From a virus (taxonomy: Duplodnaviria > Caudoviricetes), in the IMG/VR virus record IMGVR_UViG_3300020469_000065, positions 1-52,129 of that record: DNA of 52,129 nucleotides, one strand, 5' to 3'. The position numbers and the translations under genes were made by a program. Positions within the stretch are counted from its first letter, which is position 1; each line of letters begins with the position of its first letter. Below are positions 28,353 through 38,553 of the stretch, piece after piece. Below the pieces are notes generated by a model. The model was not told the origin of the DNA. It saw nothing but the letters and a program-made list of their open reading frames with translations, and did not search any database.

Positions 28353-30524
28353 ATGGCTGATGAAAGAATAACTGATGCTGATGCACGGATACTTGCTGAT
28401 TATCTAAAAACATTGTCTAGTGTCCGAGATATCAGAAGAGAGACTGCTGAGTATTCAAAAGAAGAATTAGAACTCATAAAAGCTCATGCTGCTGCTGGCT
28501 CTACACTTGAAAATGCCATGAAGGAACAAAAAAAATCTATTGACGCCTCTATTGTATCTTCTGAGCGACAAGTGCGCATTTTGGAACAAGCAGCAGAAAG
28601 GGCAAAAGGTACATCACAAGAGTTAAGAAAACAAAATGAATTTCTTGAAGAATCAATTGAGTTAGAAAAAGAAAAGCTAAAAACAGTAAATGAAGGCTCA
28701 GATGAATACACAAAAAGTCTAAATAACATTGAAGATCTCAATAAAAAAATAGAACAAAACTCCAAAGCGATATCAAATAATTTTAAATCGGCAGCAGGGC
28801 ACATGGAAGATCTTGCTAAAGAAGGTGCCAAACTTGCCGGTAGTATGTTTAAGCTTGATAAGCCATTTGATGCAATTCAAGGAAATCTAAAAAGTATGGG
28901 CTCAAGCCTCATGCAAGCGGGAAAAGCAAAATTCCTTTCAAAATTTCCGCAACTTGCTAAATTTGCTGGACCTGTTGGTATTGTTGCTACTGCGGTAGCA
29001 CAGTTCGTTGGCTCTATTATAGAACTCGCCACCAGAATGGTAGACACATCTAACGCAATTCAGAAAGCCACAGGCGTAAACGCACAGTTTGCAGACTCAA
29101 TTACTATGGGCTACGAAGAAACACGACAGTTTGGTGGCACTCTTGAAGACTTAAAAACTGCCGCAGTCGATCTATCAAAGACTTTCACCGACTTCACCAT
29201 GCTTAACGGACAGATGGCTCAGTCTCTCGCAAGAACCGGCACACTATTGGGCAAGCTCGGAGTATCTTCACAAGACTTTGCAAAGGGTATTCAATTATCT
29301 ACCAAAGCGTTTGGCATGACTGTGAAAGAAGCAGAAGAAGCACAGTTGCGACTTGCTGCTCTAGCACAAGACATAGGTGTTGCACCATCACAGATGGCTG
29401 CTGACTTTGCCGCCGCAGGACCACAACTTGCTAAATTTGGTAGTAATGCAGAAGCCACCTTTAAGAGACTAGCCGTGACCGCAAAGTCAACCGGTATCGA
29501 AATTAACAGACTGTTGAGCATTACAGAAAAGTTTGATACATTTGAAGGTGCCGCAACTCAAGCAGGCAAACTAAATGCTGCTCTTGGCGGAAACTTTGTT
29601 AACGCGATGGAACTACTAACCGAGACTGATCCTACTGCTCGTTTCGATATGATGACCGATGCAATCAAGGATGCTGGCTTATCCTTTGATGAAATGTCCT
29701 ACTACCAGAAAAAGTTTTATGCAGAATCTATGGGACTTTCAGATGTAAACGAACTTGCTCTTGCACTTTCAGGCAACACAGATCTGCTATCACAAAACTT
29801 AGGTAAAACATCAGCAGACATAGAAGAGACTGCTAAACGCGCACAGCAGATGCAAAGCATTCAAGAACAATTAAATCTTCTCTTTGCCGACATGGTTCCT
29901 ATTATGAAGCCTGTTATCGCTGGTATGAGAGATTTTGTTGGATTCTTGTTGGAAAACAAAGAGGCAGTTCAGGCGTTTTTTGTAGGACTCACAATTGCCG
30001 CCACCGCTCTGGCTGTTTCAATGGCTCCTATAACTTTAGGAACTTTGGCTCTTTCGGCAGCACTAGGGGTTCTCGGCTATCTCTTGTTCAAACAAACATG
30101 GGCTTCTAAATTTCACCATGGTCTTCACAAAGTAGCCAACGGCTTTGGTTTAATAGGAAAAATTACTGGCATGGCGTCGGCAGACATAAAGAGCCTAACG
30201 GGAGACATGGACGATCTAGGTCAGTCTATGTTCAAGGGCAAGTCAATTAAGGTTGGTGCAGAGATGACATCAACAGCCCTTGAAGGTATGCAAGAATCAA
30301 CCATGGCTGCCGCCTCAACAACAAAAGCAGCCGCACCTGTTCTTGCAACTTCTAATGCAGTATCAAATGCAGTTAGCAATGCAAACACCACAAACAACAA
30401 CTACAAGGGTTCTACCGGAGAAACCAAAGTTAACATCAACTTTGCCAATAAGAGATTCAAAGACTTCTTTGATGTCGAGGTCGAAAACTCTATTGGCAGA
30501 GCAGCAAGAAAGGCGGTAATCTAA
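28353..30524 (+). CDS. Tape measure protein
   Basis: Helical Ala-rich 723-aa protein with a hydrophobic segment near the C-terminus; canonical position after tube and chaperone. Confidence 0.8.
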   Translation: MADERITDADARILADYLKTLSSVRDIRRETAEYSKEELELIKAHAAAGSTLENAMKEQKKSIDASIVSSERQVRILEQAAERAKGTSQELRKQNEFLEESIELEKEKLKTVNEGSDEYTKSLNNIEDLNKKIEQNSKAISNNFKSAAGHMEDLAKEGAKLAGSMFKLDKPFDAIQGNLKSMGSSLMQAGKAKFLSKFPQLAKFAGPVGIVATAVAQFVGSIIELATRMVDTSNAIQKATGVNAQFADSITMGYEETRQFGGTLEDLKTAAVDLSKTFTDFTMLNGQMAQSLARTGTLLGKLGVSSQDFAKGIQLSTKAFGMTVKEAEEAQLRLAALAQDIGVAPSQMAADFAAAGPQLAKFGSNAEATFKRLAVTAKSTGIEINRLLSITEKFDTFEGAATQAGKLNAALGGNFVNAMELLTETDPTARFDMMTDAIKDAGLSFDEMSYYQKKFYAESMGLSDVNELALALSGNTDLLSQNLGKTSADIEETAKRAQQMQSIQEQLNLLFADMVPIMKPVIAGMRDFVGFLLENKEAVQAFFVGLTIAATALAVSMAPITLGTLALSAALGVLGYLLFKQTWASKFHHGLHKVANGFGLIGKITGMASADIKSLTGDMDDLGQSMFKGKSIKVGAEMTSTALEGMQESTMAAASTTKAAAPVLATSNAVSNAVSNANTTNNNYKGSTGETKVNINFANKRFKDFFDVEVENSIGRAARKAVI

Positions 30525-30525
30525 A

Positions 30526-31551
30526 ATGGCTCTTGAATTTGACATAAGAAAGTACAACGCAGAAAAAAACACTCTTGTTGATGGATCTGATGCTCTCGCA
30601 AACCAGCGAGATCAGGTTATCTCTTTCCAAAACATACGCAATAAGGAGTCTGTATTCTTTAAGGCTTTTATCACAGCGTTCAGTGACACGTATTCTCCAA
30701 ACTTTAATAGCGTAGAAGTGTTCGGCAGAACTGACCCGATACAACAGTACAAGGGAACCAGCAGAAGTATCACGCTTGCTTTTAAGGTCCCTGCTGCTTC
30801 CGAAAGCGAAGCGTTTGAAAACCTTGGAAGAGCAGGAAAACTTATCCAAATGCTTTATCCCAGTTATGCAAGCGTCTCCAACGCCCTCACTCTTTCAGAG
30901 GCTCCACTTGTTCGTTTAAAAGTTATGAATTTGTTGAGTAAAGAACATCTTGATACCGATACCATGGAGAAGATTTTTGAATTATCTACTGGCGGTGGTA
31001 TTAGCTATGAACAATTTTATTCTTCATACAAGTCCACAGCAGCCCCAGATCTCGGTATTCTTGGCGTCATAACCTCTTGCACCGTAAACCATGGACTTGA
31101 AAGCGAAGGTGCATTTTCAAAAATTGAACCTACAAATACAATACTCCCAAAACTAATAGAAATAAATGTCAGTTTTACTCCGATACACGAAGATACCATT
31201 GGCTTTGTGGGTGATCAAAGTGAGTTGAATAACGCACCGTCATTCCCTTATGGCGTTTTGTTGAGAAAGAATACAACTGAAGGCAATATCCCCACTGTTG
31301 TGTCTAGTAATCAAGCGGAACAAGAAAAGACATTAGAAGAATTAAGGCAGGCTGCTGCAAGCGCTCAACAAGCGGAAGATTTAGCAAGAGCGCAATTAGA
31401 AAAAACAGCAAAAAAATTCACTAGAAGAGAAACGACAAAAAGAAAAGAAGCGCTAGTAGAAGCTGGGAACGCAGCGTCGGCGGCTGTGAGCGAAAGTACA
31501 GAAGCACAAAGACAATATGAAGAACTCGCAACAGAAATGGGATACTTATAG
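30526..31551 (+). CDS. Baseplate/tail tube initiator-like protein
   Basis: FKAFITAFSD.Y, VFGRTDPI..Y.GT.RSITL.F, LYPSY, PLVRL, LPK.IEINVSFTPIH. Confidence 0.6.
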   Translation: MALEFDIRKYNAEKNTLVDGSDALANQRDQVISFQNIRNKESVFFKAFITAFSDTYSPNFNSVEVFGRTDPIQQYKGTSRSITLAFKVPAASESEAFENLGRAGKLIQMLYPSYASVSNALTLSEAPLVRLKVMNLLSKEHLDTDTMEKIFELSTGGGISYEQFYSSYKSTAAPDLGILGVITSCTVNHGLESEGAFSKIEPTNTILPKLIEINVSFTPIHEDTIGFVGDQSELNNAPSFPYGVLLRKNTTEGNIPTVVSSNQAEQEKTLEELRQAAASAQQAEDLARAQLEKTAKKFTRRETTKRKEALVEAGNAASAAVSESTEAQRQYEELATEMGYL

Positions 31552-31560
31552 GATAAATAA

Positions 31561-31899
31561 ATGGCTAACGTAAGAAACAAAGAAAGAATAGTAGATAATG
31601 ATATAGACCACTACAAAGACCTTGTGGGTAAGAGAGGCAAGAAAAGTGTAAGGCATTACACAACGCCCATATTGCAGCATCCTACTATATCTGAGAGAGC
31701 AGGCACCCCAACCACCGCTCACCTATGGACTGCTGGAGATCGTTTCTACAAGCTAGCACATCAGTATTATGGCGATGTAGATTTTTGGTGGGTTATCGCT
31801 TGGTGGAATGGTTATCCAACCGAAGGACACATTAAAACTGGCAACTATATTGAGATACCTTTGGACCTACCTGCTGCTCTTGAAGCGCTAGGAATTTAA
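31561..31899 (+). CDS. LysM/Tail-X-like baseplate wedge protein
   Basis: GDRFYKLAHQYYGDVDFWWVIAWWN...G..IEIP. Confidence 0.75.
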   Translation: MANVRNKERIVDNDIDHYKDLVGKRGKKSVRHYTTPILQHPTISERAGTPTTAHLWTAGDRFYKLAHQYYGDVDFWWVIAWWNGYPTEGHIKTGNYIEIPLDLPAALEALGI

Positions 31900-31900
31900 A

Positions 31901-34900
31901 ATGGCTAAAATAGAAACACCTTGTTTTAAAAAAAGTGATCCTCTTTCTAAGATTGAAACTTATAGAGAAGATTTTGAGACTGCTCTTGGAACCGTTTACG
32001 ACATAATATATTCTGATGCAGAGTGGGCTTCTCTTATCGCTGATTACGATTTAGATTTATTGAATCTTCCCAAAGGTATTTTTGGAACTAGGCCAGACTG
32101 GGATACAATCTATAATTACAAGGCAGATAATGTTGATCCTTTTGGCGATTTTAGAAATGAATTAAACAGTGTTAGTCTTGGAGACAATACCGCCAGCAAG
32201 GGCACGTTAGTGCGCCTTGTCGCGCAATCCAAAGACGACTACCCAGATCACCCCACATCTCCAATAATTATAGAATTTGGAACATATATTGGTAAGCAAG
32301 AATTTCTAAAAGATAATATAGATACTTTTAATCAAAAACTACAAACCTTTAGACAAGACTTTATTTCAGCTAACGCACAACAAGATGTGTCAGTTATCCC
32401 CGCAGCCGGAACTCCGAGCGCAGATCTCACTAGTGCAGTAACCTCAGCCAGACCAGAATTTGAACGAGGGGTTTTTCAAGTTTTTGATAGCTTTGGATTT
32501 AATTTTGACACAGGCGTCAGCAAAGCACAAAAAGTCTGTCCCGACGACATTTATAAATTTGTTAAAGATGGGGTTATAAAACTGTTTAACGACGCTATTG
32601 AAAACCAAATTAAACAAGTGTTTGCTGAGAAAGCAAGTCGAGATTCACTGGCGGACATAGCATCGCGAGAGGAATACATCCCAAAGCCTATCTGTGAATC
32701 CGGTGGTACCAAAGATCTTTGTAAAAGACTGAAAAAACTTCGTGCCCTAAGAGAGAGCCTTAAAAGCACAATTGAATCATTTGCGGGCGACAACTTGGCA
32801 TACTCTGAACAATGCCTGTTGCTCACCTTTATTGATGAATTGATAGAAATTTCAGGAGAAAAAAAATCTTATCCCTATTTTTCAAATGCTTACAACAACC
32901 CAATAAAGATAGGTGGCAACCCTTTTGCGTTTACAAACAGTCTTGTCACCGACTCTAGCCAAAAAGAACTTTTTGAATTAAAGCAACAAGTTGTTTCTCA
33001 ATTGATGCCTTATATTAGATTGTCCAAAGTTGAAAAAAATTCCCAAGGTGTTGATCAGGAAATACCCATAACATTTGACACAAATATCTCTAATGATCTA
33101 AAAGGTGCAAAAAATACTTTACAAAGACAAAGAGGTTATGGCGTTGGTTTGCAAAATTTTACTTTTTCTTACGAAGGGACCGATCCGTTTTCTGCAAAAA
33201 AAGCCATAACTGCTAAATTAACTTTATTTTCCTCTACCTTTGATGACCTTTTAAAAGAAAGAGGTGGCTTTAGGTATGCCGATCTAGCTTTAAAAACTGG
33301 TGGTGTTGCAGCAAGTCAATTAAAGAATCTGACTAAGATTCAAAAAGAAAATGCTGATAAACTAAATTTTAGACTAAAAGCAGTTGTAGGATGGAATGTC
33401 CCAAGAGAAACTTTTGTTGGCTTAACACCAGAACAGAAAAAAGCAATATATAATTCTTATATAACAATTTACCTTACTCCGACAATTCACTCATTTGATT
33501 TTGATGAGACGGGAGCAGTTATTTTTAGTATTGAATATCTTGCTTACATAGAAGATGTATTTGCTCAATCTCAATTTAATATTTTTTCATCTCTTATAAA
33601 AGAAACAGAAATTAGAAATACGATTCTACAATTTCAAAAAGAAAAATCTTGTGGCGAGAACAAAGAAGAATATGAAAAATTGGTTAAATTTGATGAAAAA
33701 TTTGTCACAAAGTTAAACCTACGGGCATATTCAGATCTTGTTTCGGAGTTGGCTGCGAGAGATAAAATTTATTATCTAAACCTTTCCAACAACGATGTTG
33801 CTAAATTACTAGAAGATCCGTATACAGACGAGGTAAAGTTTCCCAAACCGTTTTCAAGCGCTGGTTTAAGTATTGAAAGAATAAAAGATATTAGAGATGC
33901 CCTGCAAACTAGCATGGCAGGCGAAGATAAAGCTGAACGTTCAATTCAAATGCTTAGCTCAATAGCTGCCTCGCAAGACAACAACTCTCTTGCTTTTTTC
34001 TATATTCAAGATATCGTTACTGTTGCAATGTATTTGATAGAACAAGAGCTAGAAAAAGCACAAAATTTAGAAGAAACAGAATATTATAAAGAAGCTGCAA
34101 AGTTTTTTACTTACGGCAGCGCCAAAGAGTTCAGGGCATTGCTGTCCGAAAAACAATTCAAGTTTAAAAATTCTTTACAACAATTTCAACAAATGAGAAT
34201 AATTCTCGGACCAGCAGAAATTTACTCTCCAGCTAAGGGATTTAAATCGACCTTTACAACGCTTGGCGATATACCAATTTCATTAAATTACTTTTTTGAA
34301 TTTTTATCTAAGAAAGTAATCTCAAAAGAGATTATAAATTATCCATTATCTAAGTTCGTAAAAGAACTTTGTAATGATTTGATTACAAATTTTCTAAATT
34401 CAGAAAGCTGCGGCAGGGTGAATACATCTCAAAGATTAAGCATTAATAGTACAAGCGTAATTGCCTACAATAGAGATTCAAATAGTAGGGGCAAGTGGTC
34501 ATCTGCAAATCCTCCGTTAGATGATTTAACTTACCAAACAGTTGTAAACAAATACATTAGAAAGGACGGAGAGCCGCTGCTCTTGCTTAGTGGCAAAAGA
34601 GGTGTGCCAATTACCAGTTTATCTTTGGAGAAAATGATAAATTATTATGTTTTTTCCATAGGAAAAAAAACAGCAGCAGACGATTTTGTTGGAGATAAAG
34701 ATAAAGATACCGCTAGGGGCGTTTTTCATTACGTCTTAGGTCGAGATAAAGGAATAATAAAAAATATAAGTCTTGAAAAAACAACTACGACTGGACTCAA
34801 AGAGGTCCGGTTTGAACAAGAAGGGTACGATGGTTTATCTCAGCTAAGAGAGGTCTACAATGTTACAGTCGATTCTTTTCTAAATGTTCAGACTTTTCCG

Positions 34901-35173
34901 GGTACCTATATTTATGTTGAACCAAGAGGTTTTTCTCCAAATACACAAGAAGATTTGACAAGATATGGAATAGGAGGATACTGCATGATAACAAAAACTA
35001 CTCATTCTATAAAACCGGGTGATGCTACAACAACCCTTAATGCTGCCTGGGTTTCAAGTAAAAAAGGAGCCCAAACTGATAAGGGAGCAACCAAAAGAAA
35101 GCCCGAAGCTTCTAGTGTTCAAAAATGCGTATCAACTCCAACTTTTAGAACAAATGCTAGGTGGGATATATAA
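31901..35173 (+). CDS. Large baseplate hub-like protein
   Basis: 1090 aa; C-terminal FPGTYIYV.P...GIGGYC.ITK..H.I..G...T.L hub-like motif; position. Confidence 0.55.
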   Translation: MAKIETPCFKKSDPLSKIETYREDFETALGTVYDIIYSDAEWASLIADYDLDLLNLPKGIFGTRPDWDTIYNYKADNVDPFGDFRNELNSVSLGDNTASKGTLVRLVAQSKDDYPDHPTSPIIIEFGTYIGKQEFLKDNIDTFNQKLQTFRQDFISANAQQDVSVIPAAGTPSADLTSAVTSARPEFERGVFQVFDSFGFNFDTGVSKAQKVCPDDIYKFVKDGVIKLFNDAIENQIKQVFAEKASRDSLADIASREEYIPKPICESGGTKDLCKRLKKLRALRESLKSTIESFAGDNLAYSEQCLLLTFIDELIEISGEKKSYPYFSNAYNNPIKIGGNPFAFTNSLVTDSSQKELFELKQQVVSQLMPYIRLSKVEKNSQGVDQEIPITFDTNISNDLKGAKNTLQRQRGYGVGLQNFTFSYEGTDPFSAKKAITAKLTLFSSTFDDLLKERGGFRYADLALKTGGVAASQLKNLTKIQKENADKLNFRLKAVVGWNVPRETFVGLTPEQKKAIYNSYITIYLTPTIHSFDFDETGAVIFSIEYLAYIEDVFAQSQFNIFSSLIKETEIRNTILQFQKEKSCGENKEEYEKLVKFDEKFVTKLNLRAYSDLVSELAARDKIYYLNLSNNDVAKLLEDPYTDEVKFPKPFSSAGLSIERIKDIRDALQTSMAGEDKAERSIQMLSSIAASQDNNSLAFFYIQDIVTVAMYLIEQELEKAQNLEETEYYKEAAKFFTYGSAKEFRALLSEKQFKFKNSLQQFQQMRIILGPAEIYSPAKGFKSTFTTLGDIPISLNYFFEFLSKKVISKEIINYPLSKFVKELCNDLITNFLNSESCGRVNTSQRLSINSTSVIAYNRDSNSRGKWSSANPPLDDLTYQTVVNKYIRKDGEPLLLLSGKRGVPITSLSLEKMINYYVFSIGKKTAADDFVGDKDKDTARGVFHYVLGRDKGIIKNISLEKTTTTGLKEVRFEQEGYDGLSQLREVYNVTVDSFLNVQTFPGTYIYVEPRGFSPNTQEDLTRYGIGGYCMITKTTHSIKPGDATTTLNAAWVSSKKGAQTDKGATKRKPEASSVQKCVSTPTFRTNARWDI

Positions 35174-36369
35174 TGGGTATTTTTTATAAAGAATCAAATT
35201 CTGAAAGCACTATAGATCTTTATGAAAAATCTATCATTTATAAATTAGATATTGTGGATTTTTATGAAAAATATTCTAATTTTGTAGATTTTAATTTAGG
35301 TGAAAAATATTTGTTTGGTAGGGTTAATAAAAACTTTGTAACTATACAGCCTGATCGATTGCTTACAACTTTTGCTAATATAGGAAACCAAAGAAGCACC
35401 GATTCAGTAAAAGTATTAAATTTTGTGGCTGACGGATTTCAAGAGTTATCCAGGCAGTTTAAAAAAGCTGCTCAAATTGGAAAAATTGATAGAAATGATG
35501 ACTACCTCACAAACCTTGTGGCATATGAGGGTTACAGAAGTCCTGATTCTTTATATAGAAACTATCTATCAGATTTAATTTCAGCTATTGGTGTAAAGTT
35601 TGAAGATGATAGCACCATAATTAAAGATTTTGATCAGTTTGTTCTTCATTTAATTACTTTTATGGGTGTAGTAGGGCAAACTTATCCAATTACAAAGACC
35701 GGATTTATTCGTAGCCGACATTGTTCTCCTTTGGTTAGCGGACTAAGTATTGAAATTGCAGATCTTACCTATACAAACGACCAGCAAAAAATTGAAGTGT
35801 TTAAAGAAAGTAGAAATTTTGAATATTATCTTAATGCTTGCAATAGTTTTGGTTTTATGGTGGATGCACATATTCCCTGGAGATTGACTTTAGATATTGG
35901 GCACGAAGATGTGATAGAAAATTTGTTAAAGCCAAGAGGTTACTCATCTGCTGATTCTCTCTTGCTTGTGGGTTATAAAAAATCACATATATCTTATTAT
36001 GCCTCCTTTAAGTCCCAGCTTTTACAAATGTATAACACCACCGTAAAGCAACAATATTTGGAATATGATGATTGTCTTAAAAAGACTAAAATTATGAACA
36101 GAACAGAATATACACTAGATAAGATTAATAATTTATATAATGAAGATTATTTTATTAAATTATATTGTATGTTTAGGTTTATAGAAGAAGAAAAGAAACA
36201 TTCAAAAGCAGAACAGGATCAGATTATAACCGACTTTATAAACTTGTCAAGAGTAAACGGCGTAAATTCTGCTTTAGGATCGTTTGAAAGATTTATCTCG
36301 CAACCATTTGACTACAGAGGATCCTTGAGTTATCTTATCAGAGAACAAGAAAAACGCGAGGACCAATGA
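35173..36369 (+). CDS. Hypothetical protein
   Basis: TAATG coupling at 35171-35175; AT-rich. Confidence 0.7.
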   Translation: MGIFYKESNSESTIDLYEKSIIYKLDIVDFYEKYSNFVDFNLGEKYLFGRVNKNFVTIQPDRLLTTFANIGNQRSTDSVKVLNFVADGFQELSRQFKKAAQIGKIDRNDDYLTNLVAYEGYRSPDSLYRNYLSDLISAIGVKFEDDSTIIKDFDQFVLHLITFMGVVGQTYPITKTGFIRSRHCSPLVSGLSIEIADLTYTNDQQKIEVFKESRNFEYYLNACNSFGFMVDAHIPWRLTLDIGHEDVIENLLKPRGYSSADSLLLVGYKKSHISYYASFKSQLLQMYNTTVKQQYLEYDDCLKKTKIMNRTEYTLDKINNLYNEDYFIKLYCMFRFIEEEKKHSKAEQDQIITDFINLSRVNGVNSALGSFERFISQPFDYRGSLSYLIREQEKREDQ

Positions 36370-37556
36370 TCTTCCAGACTCTAGACGACAAGTCAGAGTG
36401 TGTCGGCGTCTATGCCGATGGCAATCTACACTTTGACCACATTCCTGATGGATTAACGAAAACTTGGAAATACACAGGATCCGTCCAAGATCCTGATGTT
36501 GAGTTTGCTTGGTTGCATTGCGAAGGCAAAAAATTAGAAGAAGTGTGTCCAGAAGAAATAAAAGCGGAACTTATTGAGCTTCAAAAGACGTTTAAAGCGT
36601 ACCTTCTGTCGTTTTCGATAGGTAAGATCAACCTGCATGATAACTGTTTCTTTGATCTCGTGCCAAGCGATTTTCTGCTTCAGTTTTGCGAGGTCAGAAA
36701 CAAGATCACAGAACACGTTTTCGACAGCTACTCTCGCCCTGAAAACTATGATCACCTTGATCGCACTTACAAACTTCTCCACAAGATCAAATACCAGAAG
36801 CTGAACATCAATGTGGATGGGTGTCGTCACCTAATGACCACCACAAACGACCGAGAAGACATCAGAAAGCTTGTAAAAATTAAGTCCCATTACGTAGACT
36901 ATAATCTTTTTGGAACCGTCACAGGGCGCCTTACGACCAATAGGGGAAGTAATCCTATTCTTACAATGAAGTCAAAGTTTCGTTCATTAGTCAAGCCAAC
37001 AAATGACTGGCTTGTGTCATTTGATTATAACGGAGCAGAGGTAAGAACCTTCCTATCACTCTCGGGTGTTGAACAGCCAGAAGAAGACATTCACGAATGG
37101 AATATGAAACACCTATACGGAGATCACCCTATTGACAGAGAGGAAGCAAAGGTGAGGTTCTTTGCTTCGTTCTATAATCACGATGATAATTCTCTCAAAA
37201 ACTCTGTTTACAGCAGAGATCGTGTTATTGGCGACTACTTCTATGGTAATCGCGTGATGACACCGTTTAAGCGGACCATCGCAGTAAATGAGAGAAAGGC
37301 TTTCAATTATATTATTCAAAGCACAACGGCAGATCTTACAATTGATAGAGCAGTGGAGCTTGACAAGGTGCTTGAGAGCACAAAATCAAAAGTTGCTTTT
37401 ATAGTTCACGATGAAGTTGTGCTTGATATCCATGAAGAAGATAAGTATCTGTTACCAGAACTAAAGGAGGTGTTCCAGAATAACAAACTTGGCTCGTTTA
37501 GAGTAAATGTAAAAGCAGGCAAGAGCTATGGAGAGTTGAAGGAGTTGAAGTTATGA
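36366..37556 (+). CDS. Compact family-A DNA polymerase (polymerase domain)
   Basis: TVTGRLTT, motif A FDYNGAEVR, motif B REEAKVRFFASFY, AFNYIIQSTTAD, motif C VHDEVV. Confidence 0.85.
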   Translation: MIFQTLDDKSECVGVYADGNLHFDHIPDGLTKTWKYTGSVQDPDVEFAWLHCEGKKLEEVCPEEIKAELIELQKTFKAYLLSFSIGKINLHDNCFFDLVPSDFLLQFCEVRNKITEHVFDSYSRPENYDHLDRTYKLLHKIKYQKLNINVDGCRHLMTTTNDREDIRKLVKIKSHYVDYNLFGTVTGRLTTNRGSNPILTMKSKFRSLVKPTNDWLVSFDYNGAEVRTFLSLSGVEQPEEDIHEWNMKHLYGDHPIDREEAKVRFFASFYNHDDNSLKNSVYSRDRVIGDYFYGNRVMTPFKRTIAVNERKAFNYIIQSTTADLTIDRAVELDKVLESTKSKVAFIVHDEVVLDIHEEDKYLLPELKEVFQNNKLGSFRVNVKAGKSYGELKELKL

Positions 37557-38413
37557 TATCACTGATAGGCATAGGTGAAGCAGGTTGCAATGTGGTCTCA
37601 TTATTTCAAGATCACAAAGAATACAATTGTTTTTTATTTTCGGAGGGAAAAGATAATACAAAATATACAAGAGATCTACCAAAAGTAGAAAAACCAGAGG
37701 ATTGTGAAGGTAAAGCACCCAAGCTTTCATCCTATAAAACATTACAGGCAATTCAGAACAGAGCACAGGTGTTTGTTTGTGGGTCATCTTTCTCAGCAAA
37801 CTACACGTTGGCAATACTACAGCAGATGAGAGATAGAACAATAGACATCTTCTATATTAAACCTGATGTGGACCTTTTGATAGGTGATGTTAAGCTACAG
37901 GAAAGAGCAATCTTTGGGATCCTACAAGAATACGCAAGATCTGGGCTATTTAACAGTTTTACAATCCTGTCAAACCCAGAAATAGAGAAAACAATAGGCG
38001 AGATCCCAATAAAAAAATACTTTGAAGTAATCAATAAGAGCATTTATTATGCTGTTCATTATCTAAATGTTTTTGATCACACAGAGCCACTTGTGGGTAA
38101 TCTTTCAAAGCCTTCAGACGTACAGAGAATACGCTCTGTTGGCATTATTTCGGTAGATAAACTTTCTGAACAATGGTACTATGATTTAAAGGAAGATCGT
38201 GACGTAGCATACTACTTATGTATAGCAGAAAAGCGCCTTGAGACCGATGGAAAGCTTCATTCAAAGGTGGTCCAAAGTCTCAAAAGCAAGCCCCGAAATG
38301 CGTTTAAGAATGTGACTTATGCTATCTATGAGTCACCTTATGAGACTGATTTTGGATTCTGTGTAGCGCACACTAATTTTATTCAAGGTTTTCCGCTTGA
38401 CAGCACAGGCTGA
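37553..38413 (+). CDS. Divergent tubulin/FtsZ (PhuZ-like) protein
   Basis: N-terminal LIGIGEAGCNVV (T1 loop); YIKP and ILSN..I...Y...N pattern; the GGGTGSG signature is not conserved. Confidence 0.6.
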   Translation: MISLIGIGEAGCNVVSLFQDHKEYNCFLFSEGKDNTKYTRDLPKVEKPEDCEGKAPKLSSYKTLQAIQNRAQVFVCGSSFSANYTLAILQQMRDRTIDIFYIKPDVDLLIGDVKLQERAIFGILQEYARSGLFNSFTILSNPEIEKTIGEIPIKKYFEVINKSIYYAVHYLNVFDHTEPLVGNLSKPSDVQRIRSVGIISVDKLSEQWYYDLKEDRDVAYYLCIAEKRLETDGKLHSKVVQSLKSKPRNAFKNVTYAIYESPYETDFGFCVAHTNFIQGFPLDSTG

Positions 38414-38425
38414 GCAAGCTATAAT
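38397..38425 (+). promoter_or_regulatory. Sigma70-type promoter (perfect consensus)
   Basis: TTGACA-17-TATAAT. Confidence 0.85.
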
Positions 38426-38472
38426 AAAGATGAGCAAGGGAAAGCTCCAAACATCACCCAAAACAAATACGC

Positions 38473-38501
38473 TTGACAGGACTTGGATGGCGTGTTATTT
38501 T
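38473..38501 (+). promoter_or_regulatory. Second sigma70-type promoter upstream of SSB
   Basis: TTGACA-17-TATTTT with extended -10 TG. Confidence 0.7.
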
Positions 38502-38553
38502 AAGATGGCGAGGAACGCTCGTCATGCTATAGCCCAACAACAAGGAGATTATT

